A stretch of DNA of 64,000 bases from a bacterium (GCA_965213625.1 CBDBZU010000004.1:128001-192000), one strand, 5' to 3'. Numbered from the stretch's first letter, positions 45,173-54,417 are shown. Numbers and translations: made by a program. Notes: generated by a model not told the origin, from the letters alone.

Positions 45173-47857
45173 ATGGAGGGAACCCAGCAATTCCAATCCG
45201 AAACCATGCGAGCCGCACTAAACCTGCCGAACGGCGCGCGGTTTTATCGTTGCGCCTTGCAAGTGAACCCATTCGCCTATCTCGCCAGACATAATAAATC
45301 AACATCATTTCAGTCCGAAGACGAATACAACGAAGCAATCATTGAGGCCTGCCTTAAGACAGAAACCGAGGTGATTGGCGTTACGGACCATTACCGTATA
45401 GAGGATTCCAGGAAACTAATCGCCTCCGCTCGCGAAGCCGGTTTATGGGCTTTTAGCGGATTTGAAGCCATAACAAAGGACGGCGTTCACTTTCTTTGCC
45501 ATTTCGATCCCGATAAAGACAATAATCTGGAGAGATTCATCGGCGACTGCGGTATTCACGATTCTAGCCAACTCTCACCGATAGGAGAACTAGACTGCAC
45601 TGAGCTTCTGGACCATTCAAAGGAATGGGGGGCTACTTGCATTGCTGCGCATGTGGCGTCGGAAGGTGGTCTTTTAAGAAAGCTGTCAGGACAAACACGG
45701 ATCAAAGTCTGGAAATCGCCTAACCTGCTTGCCTGCGCGCTTCCCGGACCCGCTGACGACGCACCGCAGGGGGTCAAAGAGATACTTAAAAATAAGGACG
45801 CTCAACACAAGCGCGGACGCGCAGTAGCTATCATAAATGCGTCAGATGTAAGCGATCCCGAAGACCTGAGGAAGGAAAGCGCGTCCTGCTTCATCAAGAT
45901 GTCGGATGTCTCTGTCGAAGCATTTCGCCAGGCATTTCTTGATCCGGAATCCCGTGTAAGGCTACACAGCGATCCCCAACAAGAACCCCATGCCGAACTT
46001 CTTGCTATGACTTGGGAAGGCGGTTTTTTACAAGACACCTCAATTCATTTCAATGAGAATCTCAATGCCGTGGTCGGCGGACGCGGCACGGGTAAATCCA
46101 CGATGATCGAGAGCATCCGTTATGTGTTGGGTCTTGAGCCACTCGGAGAAGACGCGCGCAAGGCGCACGAAGGAGTGGTTCGCAACGTATTGAAAGCGGG
46201 GACAAAAGTTTCGCTGATGGCGCGGTCACACAAACCACCAAAACGTTGCTACAGCATCGAGCGCTCAGTGCCTAACCCGCCGGTCGTCAAGGACGAAACT
46301 GGTGAAGTGTTGCCTATATCACCACGAGACGCGATGCCCGGCGTAGAAGTTTTCGGCCAACATGAAATCTCGGAACTCACCAAAAGCCCCGAAAAACGCA
46401 CCTTGCTATTGGAGCGGTTCATCGAGAGTGATCCGTCGATGGCCGGACGAAAAGTGAAATTGCAATTGGAACTTGAGAGGTCGCGAAGCAGGATTGTGGA
46501 CGTAAGGCGAGAGATGAGAACGCTCGAGGAGCGACTTGCAGTTCTGCCGGGTCTGGAAGAAACCGAGAAGCGCTTTCAGCAGGCCGGCCTGGAAGAGCGG
46601 CTCAAGGAAAAAAGCCTTCTCATTAAGGAAGAGCGCCTATTTTCAAACCTTGCCGAGCGGATGCAACCGTTTCGGACGCTTCACCATGAACTGATTGAAG
46701 CCCTTCCGATCGATACAGCATTCGTGTCCGACAAGGCGCTTGATGGATTACCAAACTCAGAAACATTGCGGGAACTAGAAACAATTCTTAAAACCCTGAG
46801 TACACGCCTCAAAGTGGTTAGCGTGCATTTTGCCGAAGCTTTGGCCGAGACCGATACTGCAATCGAGAACCTTAGGGCGAGATGGGATAAACAACGCTCG
46901 GCAATTGAGGATAATTACGAGCAGTTATTACGAGAACTTCAGAAATCGAATATCGATGGCGCGGAATTTATCCAACTCCGCAGGCAGATCGAAGAATTGC
47001 GTCCGCTTAAAGACCGAATGGAAAATCTTAATCGCGATTTGGGCACCCATGAAGCTCACCGCCGCAACCTGCTCTCAGAATGGGAGGACGTCAAAGGTAG
47101 TGAATTTCGTGAAATTGAGAAAGCCACCAGAAAAGTTTCAAAGCAACTCAAAGGGCGAGTGCAGGTCGAAGTTACGATGGCAGGCAACCGCGATCCATTG
47201 GAACGAGTCTTAAGGGAGGTTGGCGGAAACCTCGCTGCCGCTATCGAGCGTCTTCGAGAACTGGAACAACTTTCCCTCCGCGAGTTTGCGCAATGCTGTC
47301 GGGAAGGCAAAGAATCCCTGATGGAGAACTACGATCTCCCCTCTGGCTCAGCAGAACGGATATCGCGGGCCGAGCCCGAGCTATTCATGAGAATCGAAGA
47401 ACTGGAACTTCCCGCGACAACTCAAATTGAATTAAATACTGCTGCGGAGGGAGACCAAGCGGTATGGCAAACGCTGGAAGCGCTTTCCACCGGACAAAAG
47501 GCAACCGCCGTTCTGTTGCTCTTGCTCTTGGAATCCGAGGCTCCACTTGTCGTCGATCAGCCCGAAGACGACCTCGACAACCGTTTCATCACCGAAGGCG
47601 TCGTACCGATCATGCGACGGGAAAAACGTCGACGGCAATTCGTCTTCTCAACGCACAACGCGAATATTCCCGTGCTGGGTGATGCCGAACTCATCTTGGG
47701 CCTTTCCGCTTCCGGCGAGGCGGAAGAAGGGCAGGCCAGGATTGCTCCAGAACATATGGGTTCGATTGATTCCCAGCCGGTTCGGGAACTGGTCGAGGAA
47801 ATCCTCGAAGGCGGGAAAGACGCCTTCGAAATGCGTCGTTCCAAGTACGGTTTCTAG
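45173..47857 (+). CDS. PHP-domain / SMC-like ABC ATPase fusion (TrlF/Ppl-like)
   Basis: N-terminal PHP-like domain (CALQVNP, VTDH, GFE, H, AAH, ASD), Walker A GGRGTGKS, long coiled coil, LSTGQK, VVDQPEDDLD, STHN. Confidence 0.85.
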   Translation: MEGTQQFQSETMRAALNLPNGARFYRCALQVNPFAYLARHNKSTSFQSEDEYNEAIIEACLKTETEVIGVTDHYRIEDSRKLIASAREAGLWAFSGFEAITKDGVHFLCHFDPDKDNNLERFIGDCGIHDSSQLSPIGELDCTELLDHSKEWGATCIAAHVASEGGLLRKLSGQTRIKVWKSPNLLACALPGPADDAPQGVKEILKNKDAQHKRGRAVAIINASDVSDPEDLRKESASCFIKMSDVSVEAFRQAFLDPESRVRLHSDPQQEPHAELLAMTWEGGFLQDTSIHFNENLNAVVGGRGTGKSTMIESIRYVLGLEPLGEDARKAHEGVVRNVLKAGTKVSLMARSHKPPKRCYSIERSVPNPPVVKDETGEVLPISPRDAMPGVEVFGQHEISELTKSPEKRTLLLERFIESDPSMAGRKVKLQLELERSRSRIVDVRREMRTLEERLAVLPGLEETEKRFQQAGLEERLKEKSLLIKEERLFSNLAERMQPFRTLHHELIEALPIDTAFVSDKALDGLPNSETLRELETILKTLSTRLKVVSVHFAEALAETDTAIENLRARWDKQRSAIEDNYEQLLRELQKSNIDGAEFIQLRRQIEELRPLKDRMENLNRDLGTHEAHRRNLLSEWEDVKGSEFREIEKATRKVSKQLKGRVQVEVTMAGNRDPLERVLREVGGNLAAAIERLRELEQLSLREFAQCCREGKESLMENYDLPSGSAERISRAEPELFMRIEELELPATTQIELNTAAEGDQAVWQTLEALSTGQKATAVLLLLLLESEAPLVVDQPEDDLDNRFITEGVVPIMRREKRRRQFVFSTHNANIPVLGDAELILGLSASGEAEEGQARIAPEHMGSIDSQPVRELVEEILEGGKDAFEMRRSKYGF

Positions 47858-47859
47858 TC

Positions 47860-49086
47860 ATGACTACGCGGACGGAGCTATTGGAAATAATCGCAAACGG
47901 CGAAAACTCCGGCATTGATTTCAAGCGAGATGTCTTGCAAAACCAAGACCTCGCAAAAGAACTAGTCGCCTTCTCGAATTTAGATGGTGGAATGGTTCTG
48001 CTGGGAGTAGATGATGATGGGAATATTACCGGCTTAACTCGGCCTCGCTTGGAAGAGTGGGTCATGACTGCATGCCGGGACAAGATCAGGCCAGCCATCA
48101 TTCCATTTTTCGAGACGATTAAGAATGTGGAACAGGGAAAGGACGTGGCGATTGTACGTGTTCCGCGCGGAGGCGACGTACACAGCCAGTGGCATAACAA
48201 CAGGAATACTTATTACATCCGGGTAGGTTCACAAAGTCGGGAACCGACGCCACAGGAACTAAGCCGCTTGTTTCAACAACGCGGCGCGTTTCGCGCCGAT
48301 CTAAGACCGATTTCCGGTGCAACCATTGAGGATTTAGACCGCCGTCGACTCAAGGATTACTTCAGCCGGGTTCGTCAACAAGAAATTCCAGCAGACACAA
48401 ACGACTCGAATTGGCATTCCTTGCTAATCAATACGGAAATCCTGCTCGAAGAGGGCGTAACCCTTTCAGGAATGCTGCTCTTCGGAAATACGCCGAACCG
48501 GTTTCTGCCACAGGCGGGCATTGATGCGGCGGCGTTTCCGGGAATGGAAAAAGATTATGCGGCGAAAGAGCGAGTGGCACTGCGCGGACCTATGACACCA
48601 CTCTTGGATCAGAGCAATACTATTGTGGAATCTGGCTTGGTCGAGCAGGCACTGGATTTCGTCAGACGCAACACTCCCGTGACTGCCGTTCTCGAAGATG
48701 GCGCACGTCGAGTGGAAAAAAGAACATATCCAGACAAGGTCATCCGAGAAGCCATAGTAAATGCCCTGATCCACCGAGACTATCTTCTAGGAAACGTCGA
48801 TATCGAACTGGCGATTTATGAGGACCGGCTGGAAATTATCTCGCCCGGTAAGCTCCCGAACGGAATCACGCCGGATCGAATGCGTGTTGGAACACGCGCG
48901 GCACGAAACCAACTCCTGAAAGACGTTATGCGTGACTACGGGTATCTCGAACATATGGGAATGGGCGTACCCCTCATAATAATTCGCGGAATGATGGAAC
49001 ACAACGAGACCGACCCCGACCTTGCCGAAGAAGATGAAAGGTTCATGGTTCGGCTCTTTGCGGGGAATCAATCTAAATGCGAGTAA
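47860..49086 (+). CDS. Schlafen/AlbA_2 domain + HATPase_c_4 (RecG-C-like) protein
   Basis: GENSGIDFK..AFSN..GG..LGVDDDG (AlbA_2); REAIVNALIHRDY, SPG.LP, RN, E..GMG (HATPase_c_4). Confidence 0.85.
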   Translation: MTTRTELLEIIANGENSGIDFKRDVLQNQDLAKELVAFSNLDGGMVLLGVDDDGNITGLTRPRLEEWVMTACRDKIRPAIIPFFETIKNVEQGKDVAIVRVPRGGDVHSQWHNNRNTYYIRVGSQSREPTPQELSRLFQQRGAFRADLRPISGATIEDLDRRRLKDYFSRVRQQEIPADTNDSNWHSLLINTEILLEEGVTLSGMLLFGNTPNRFLPQAGIDAAAFPGMEKDYAAKERVALRGPMTPLLDQSNTIVESGLVEQALDFVRRNTPVTAVLEDGARRVEKRTYPDKVIREAIVNALIHRDYLLGNVDIELAIYEDRLEIISPGKLPNGITPDRMRVGTRAARNQLLKDVMRDYGYLEHMGMGVPLIIIRGMMEHNETDPDLAEEDERFMVRLFAGNQSKCE

Positions 49087-49123
49087 CAACCTAAATATTT
49101 GCGTACAGTTCTCCTGAAAAAAT

Positions 49124-49537
49124 TCACCCCACCTTCCCTCTCATTCTCTTCTTATCGGCGCGTTGGCGTTTGTCCTTCAAGCGTTTTTCTTGCGACCCTC
49201 GGGTGGGGCGCGTGGGGCGGCGCGGCCGGGGCGGGTCGGCGGCGGCGGCGAGGGCGGCGCGCAGCTTCTCGAGGCAGTCGGCGACGTTCCGGCCCTGATC
49301 GCGAAAGCGGCTGCTCGCGATGACCACGTGGCCCTCGCGCGTCACGCGGCGCGGGTGGAGCGCGCGGAGCCTCGCCTTCACGCCCTCGGGCGCGCTCGGC
49401 GAGGCGGCCATGTTCCAGCGCAGCACCGCCTTGGAGGAGACCTTGTTGACGTTCTGCCCGCCGGGGCCGGAGCTTCGCGCGAACTGGAAGTGGATTTCGC
49501 GCAAGGGGATGCGGAGCCTCTCGTTCACGATGAGCAT
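49124..49537 (-). CDS. arfB: Alternative ribosome rescue factor ArfB (peptidyl-tRNA hydrolase)
   Basis: ARSSGPGGQNVNKVSS (GGQ), R.Q..N, basic C-tail RRPTRPT..S.EKRL..K. Confidence 0.95.
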   Translation of the reverse strand: MLIVNERLRIPLREIHFQFARSSGPGGQNVNKVSSKAVLRWNMAASPSAPEGVKARLRALHPRRVTREGHVVIASSRFRDQGRNVADCLEKLRAALAAAADPPRPRRPTRPTRGSQEKRLKDKRQRADKKRMRGKVG

Positions 49538-49622
49538 GTTGATACTCCCGGGGGCGTCAGGGGGGCGGCGGGTGGCGATTGCGGGGGCGGCTTGATTGAG
49601 ACGGCAAGCGCGTCAGGGGTTC

Positions 49623-49952
49623 GGGGCTGTTGAAAAAGCCCTTACGGATCGCGCCAAAACATTCTCCCCTTGCAGAGCCCCCCAACAACCACTCCCCCCT
49701 TGAGGGTCGGTCTATCCTCCTCGGGTAGACCGACGAAGAGGCCGAGCGGTTTATGCGAAGGCCGATTCGGTGGGGGGTGAATCGCGTTTTATCGCCACTC
49801 CGAGTTATACCCCCCACCAGTTCACTTTCGGGCTTACGCCCTCAGTTCACTGTCGGGCATTCCCCTCGGGATGCCCGACCCTCAAGGGGGGAGTGAACTT
49901 CAAAAGTTTGCGCGCAACCCAAAATTGCTCTTAGGGCTTTTTCAACAACCCC
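49623..49952. mobile_element. Nested MITE: TIR element containing a CACTCCCCCCTTGAG element
   Basis: GGGGCTGTTGAAAAAGCCCT...AGGGCTTTTTCAACAACCCC; inner element 49690-49895. Confidence 0.75.
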
Positions 49953-50064
49953 ACCCCGCTAGTGTTCGGCCCTCTTCCGTCGCGTTAATCACTCCCGCAT
50001 TGGTCGCGTTCGATTCCTTCCTCTTCAGGCGGAATCGACCTCATTCTTCAATCGCGATTCATCA

Positions 50065-50452
50065 TCCGCATTTGCCCGCAGTTGCGCGTCGGTCGAAACT
50101 TGCCGACTCGTGTAGAATACACCACGGGCCGCGCCGCGAGAAAGGACGCGTTGCGGACGGCCTTCAAGAGCGTGCAGCATGAATGGTCCGGGAAGCCACG
50201 CCCGGCCCCGCGAATCGAAACGGGAAAAACCATGAGACGAACAAGCATCCAAAGCGCACGACCGCAGCGCACCGAACGCCTCTGCAACGCCATCAAGAAT
50301 AAGTAAACAATTCGATAAATATCGATAAATTCACGGGGTTTTTCTGTAAATTACTGAAAATTAACGAGGGGAAATGCGCGCAAATGCGGGGAACTGCGGA
50401 GGCGGGATGTGCGCAGATGCGGGGAGTTGCGGGGAAAATTCGCGGATGAGTC
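50065..50452. repeat. att-like region with ~10-bp-periodic TGCGGG repeats and an AT-rich core
   Basis: 50065-50088 and 50377-50400 form a 21/24 inverted repeat; direct repeats at 50371-50432; TCGATAAAT x2 at 50312-50330. Confidence 0.55.
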
Positions 50453-50522
50453 CGCTCCCCCCGCCCGCCAGGGGACAGGGGCGTTCCGAGACAAGTGATT
50501 GTTTACTGATGGGTTATCGTGA

Positions 50523-51689
50523 TTACACGACTTTATCGGTGCGCAGGCGGGCGATTTCCTCCGCAGAGTAGCCAATCTCTGCGAGAATCTCCCCGGTGTG
50601 CTCGCCAAGAACCGGCGAAGGATTTGATAAATCAGGCGTTACGCCGCCGAACGCAACCGGGGAAGCGGGCAGGAGGCCCGGCCCCGCCACGGGGTGATCG
50701 ACCTCCACGAAGGCCTCCGGGAAGCGCTCCTTGACCTGGGCGACATTGTTGATGGCGCTCACCGTAACCCCTTGAGGAATAAGGAGTTTCTCCCACTCGG
50801 CGGTCGTCTTCCGGGTGAGGATATCTTCGAGAATCGCGCGCAGGGCGGCGTCGTTCGCCACGCGATCCTTATTTTCGCGGAAGCGGGGATCGTCCGCAAG
50901 CGCAGGTTTTTCAAGGGCTTGGACGAATACGCGGTAGCGGTTCGTGTTCGAGATGGCCACGTATATGAGGCCGTCCCTGGTGCGGTAGCCCGAGAAGGGA
51001 GAGACCACCGGATGGGAAAGTCCTTCCGGTTCAGGCACTTGGCCGGTGAAGGCGTGGCGCGACACGGGGTTTTCCATGATGTTGACAGTCGCGCCCATCA
51101 TCGAGGCGTCCACGCGGGTACCCTCACCGGTGCGCTCCCTCTGGAAAAGCGCGGTGAGAATCCCGGAAAGCAAGTAAAGTCCGCTAGTTACGTCGACAAT
51201 CGAGACGCCCACGCGCACGGGGTCTCCGCCCGCAGGCCCCGTCACGCTGATGAGGCCGCCCGCCGCCTGCAAGAGGCTGTCGAAGGCGGGGCGTCCGGCG
51301 TTTTTCCCGCTCTGGCCGAAGCCGGACACGGCGGCGTATACGAGCCGGGGATTATCCGCCCTCAGGGCCTCCCAGCCGACGCCCAGGCGGTCCATCACGC
51401 CCGGGAGGAGGTTTTCCACCAGAACGTCCGCCTCCCGGCAGAGTTTCTTGAATACCTCCACGCCTTCGGGTTTTTTGAGGTCCAGCGTGATGGAGCGCTT
51501 GCCGCGGTTTAAGCTCATGAAATAGCTGCTCTCGCCGTTTTTATATGGACCGATGGCGCGGCTGTCCTCCCCGCCGGGACGCTCCACCTTGATGACCTCG
51601 GCCCCATAGCCCGCAAGATATAGGGAAACGATGGGACCGGCGTTGAACTGGCTGGCGTCGATGACCTTCAGACCCTGGAGGAGTGGCAT
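50523..51689 (-). CDS. Family III CoA-transferase (CaiB/BaiF)
   Basis: LQGLKVIDAS..AGP, LNRGKRSI, EN..PGVMDRLG, SIVDVTSG, PVLGEHT. Confidence 0.93.
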   Translation of the reverse strand: MPLLQGLKVIDASQFNAGPIVSLYLAGYGAEVIKVERPGGEDSRAIGPYKNGESSYFMSLNRGKRSITLDLKKPEGVEVFKKLCREADVLVENLLPGVMDRLGVGWEALRADNPRLVYAAVSGFGQSGKNAGRPAFDSLLQAAGGLISVTGPAGGDPVRVGVSIVDVTSGLYLLSGILTALFQRERTGEGTRVDASMMGATVNIMENPVSRHAFTGQVPEPEGLSHPVVSPFSGYRTRDGLIYVAISNTNRYRVFVQALEKPALADDPRFRENKDRVANDAALRAILEDILTRKTTAEWEKLLIPQGVTVSAINNVAQVKERFPEAFVEVDHPVAGPGLLPASPVAFGGVTPDLSNPSPVLGEHTGEILAEIGYSAEEIARLRTDKVV

Positions 51690-51707
51690 CGGATGCGGGG
51701 GTGCTTT

Positions 51708-52628
51708 CTAGCGGCGTTTTCTGGTGGTTTTTAAGGCCGTTTTCTTCTGCGTGGTTTTCTTCGGGGCTGCTTTCTGAGGAGCTTTCGCCCTGGCCGCCTT
51801 GCCTGCGGCGGCCTTCTTGGCGGTCGTGCTTCTTTTCGTCGTATTCGCGGCCCTGGCGGCGCTCGACTTCTTTTTAGCCGCCGTTTTCCGCGTCGCCGCC
51901 GTCTTTTTCTTCACTCCGGCCGCTCTCGAACTGGCCGTTTTGCTCTTCGCCGAGGCGGGTTTCTTGGGAGCGGCAGCCGCTTTTTTCTTCAAGGCGGGAG
52001 ATTTTTTCCTGGCCGGCGTTCGTTGTTTCTGCGCCGCAGCTTTTGAGGCGGCTTTTTTCCGCCGAGCACGTTGTTTTTTCGCTTGTTTCTCATTTTCGAT
52101 ACGCGCCGCCTCAGCCGCCCGTTTTTCTTCTTCGGTGGGCGGGAAAACGGGTTTTCTGCGTCCCGTTATCAAGCGAAAGGCATAGCCCACCTGCGTTTCG
52201 CGCCATTCATTCTCTCCGAGATCCTGCAATACGAGCTCTACCGGGGAGCCAGGAACCAGCATGTCCCGATAACCTTCCCAGCCAATCAGGTGGGAATTTA
52301 TCTTTATCCCCTCATCCAGGAGTATGACAGCCGAGGCGTGTTCTTCATCGCCATCTACGGAAGAATGTGTGATTGTGGCCGAAAGAAGCTTACCCTTCCC
52401 GCTCAAAAGCACTTCACTCGTGCTGCGGGGACAAACCGGATTATCGCAAGTAGTTTTCGCGCCGGTCTTTGGGAAAAAATACTCCTCGCACTCCCTGCAA
52501 ACGGACCCGATGAGCTTGGGTTTATGACGAGAATTCCTGGGAATCGTAAAAACATCGCGCATAAATGGAACGACAACTTTATTTTTATCAGGAACAAAAA
52601 TCGAAGGCTCATTCTGGCGGAAGTTCAT
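51708..52628 (-). CDS. DUF35-type Zn-ribbon/OB-fold protein with Lys/Ala-rich histone-H1-like tail
   Basis: LIGSVCRECEEYFFP..C...C, LSGKGKLLSAT, VELV, YAFR; then ~140 aa of KKAA/PAKK-type low-complexity sequence. Confidence 0.72.
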   Translation of the reverse strand: MNFRQNEPSIFVPDKNKVVVPFMRDVFTIPRNSRHKPKLIGSVCRECEEYFFPKTGAKTTCDNPVCPRSTSEVLLSGKGKLLSATITHSSVDGDEEHASAVILLDEGIKINSHLIGWEGYRDMLVPGSPVELVLQDLGENEWRETQVGYAFRLITGRRKPVFPPTEEEKRAAEAARIENEKQAKKQRARRKKAASKAAAQKQRTPARKKSPALKKKAAAAPKKPASAKSKTASSRAAGVKKKTAATRKTAAKKKSSAARAANTTKRSTTAKKAAAGKAARAKAPQKAAPKKTTQKKTALKTTRKRR

Positions 52629-52913
52629 CTACTACCCTGCTTTTGAAGTTTCGAAGTGCTAAATCAAATTGAATTAAATGCAAACGGCTAGTTAAATCTC
52701 AAAGGCATGCCGGGATTAGTGCGCGAACACTACCAAAGGGGTTCAACGAGTGTCAAGATGAATTCAAATTGATGAAATTCCCAAATACACCGTACAAGAT
52801 ACAACCTCCATTCATCACAAAACGACCCCTGCGCCAACCTTGATATTGACGACTTGACCATTCAAAACCTGCAATCTTATAGTCGACAATCGTATATATA
52901 TAAAGGAAGCGGT

Positions 52914-54356
52914 ATGACATCTCCGGACGCTCGAAATTTTCAATCCAAACTGCTTCGATTATTACCCTCGGTAGATGAAATAGTTACCCGTCTCAAAAGT
53001 GAAGGTGCCAACGGCTCATCAGACGCTGCCCTTTCCGATGCCGTCAGAAAAGCCATTGGAATGAAGAGAAAGCTTCTGCTTGAGCAAATGAGTCAAGAAC
53101 TTCCCAACATTTCGGAAAACGCCTTGCTGTGCGAACACACACTTCGGGATATCGTTTTCGATGAGGCGAAACAAATCCTTTCTTCGAATAAACAACTCGG
53201 ATTGAAAAAAGTCATCAACGCCACAGGAATCGTACTGCACACAAATCTGGGTCGAGCCCCGTTAAGTGACGCCGCAAGGGCTGCCCTCGATGATGTGGCC
53301 CAAGGATATTCAAATCTGGAATTCGACTTGAACCTCGGCCAGAGAGGAAAAAGAGGGTCCGAAATCGAATCTCTCCTTTGCCAGCTAACAGGAGCGGAGG
53401 CCGCACTGGTCGTAAACAACAACGCCGCGGCCGTGATGTTTGCGATTCACACAATGGCCAATGCCGCCGAAGTGGTCGTTTCAAGAGGCGAGTTGGTTGA
53501 AATTGGCGGTTCTTTCCGAATCCCGGATATCATGCGCCAAAGCGGCGCAAAATTGGTTGAAGTAGGAACAACCAACAAAACGAGGATATCCGACTACCGC
53601 AATGCCATTACCCAAAATACGGCTTTGTTCCTGAAAGCGCATACAAGCAATTACAGGATAATCGGCTTCACGGAAGAAGTATCTCGCGGTGAACTCTCTG
53701 AACTAAGCAAGGAAACAAGTATACCTACGCTGGAAGATCTCGGGAGCGGTTTACTTCTTCAAATTGAAGGGCTTCCGCATGAACCCACCGTCATTGAATC
53801 AATACTTGCGGGAATCGATGTCGTTACTTTTTCCGGAGACAAACTTCTCGGTGGCCCACAAGCAGGTATCGTTGTAGGCAAGACGGCATGGGTGGGTAAA
53901 ATGAAAAGACACCCGCTCATGCGCATTCTCAGGCTCGATAAGCTTACACTAGCCGCCTTGGAGGCAACGCTCAGAGCATATCTCGACCCTGGTACCGTCC
54001 ACACCCAGAATCCGACCTTTAAAATGTTGTCCACAAACCGCGAGAAACTGAAAATACAAGCTGAACGTCTGATCAATCTGATGGGGGAACATACTTGTTC
54101 CGTACTCGGCGCAAAGGTGGAAGAAACATCGGGGATGGTAGGCGGCGGAGCCATGCCCATGGCAAATCTCGAAAGTTATGCTGTGACATTGTCTTCCAAA
54201 AACTATTCCGCCAAATCGTTGGAAACTCGTCTACGCCAAGGTTCTCCACCTGTCGTAGCACGAATTCATGAAGATAAAGTAATACTTGATCTGCGGTGTA
54301 TTCAAAATGATGAATTAAATCACCTTGGCGTGATTCTCAACGAATTTGCAAAGTAG
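52914..54356 (+). CDS. selA: L-seryl-tRNA(Sec) selenium transferase
   Basis: VINATGIVLHTNLGRAPL, VVNNNAAAV, SRGELVEIGGSFRIPD, EVGTTNKT, FSGDKLLGGPQAG (PLP Lys). Confidence 0.97.
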   Translation: MTSPDARNFQSKLLRLLPSVDEIVTRLKSEGANGSSDAALSDAVRKAIGMKRKLLLEQMSQELPNISENALLCEHTLRDIVFDEAKQILSSNKQLGLKKVINATGIVLHTNLGRAPLSDAARAALDDVAQGYSNLEFDLNLGQRGKRGSEIESLLCQLTGAEAALVVNNNAAAVMFAIHTMANAAEVVVSRGELVEIGGSFRIPDIMRQSGAKLVEVGTTNKTRISDYRNAITQNTALFLKAHTSNYRIIGFTEEVSRGELSELSKETSIPTLEDLGSGLLLQIEGLPHEPTVIESILAGIDVVTFSGDKLLGGPQAGIVVGKTAWVGKMKRHPLMRILRLDKLTLAALEATLRAYLDPGTVHTQNPTFKMLSTNREKLKIQAERLINLMGEHTCSVLGAKVEETSGMVGGGAMPMANLESYAVTLSSKNYSAKSLETRLRQGSPPVVARIHEDKVILDLRCIQNDELNHLGVILNEFAK

Positions 54357-54417
54357 TTTTGAACCTTGTCTGAATATCATTTCACTCGCCTACGCGAAAA
54401 CAGGGGACGATTTACCT

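Noticed and set aside
52630-52910. Search for selC (tRNA-Sec) beside selA, also at 59270-59610 and before the integrase
   Set aside because: No cloverleaf with a T-loop GTTC and CCA end recognisable by eye; tRNAscan-SE/Aragorn would settle it
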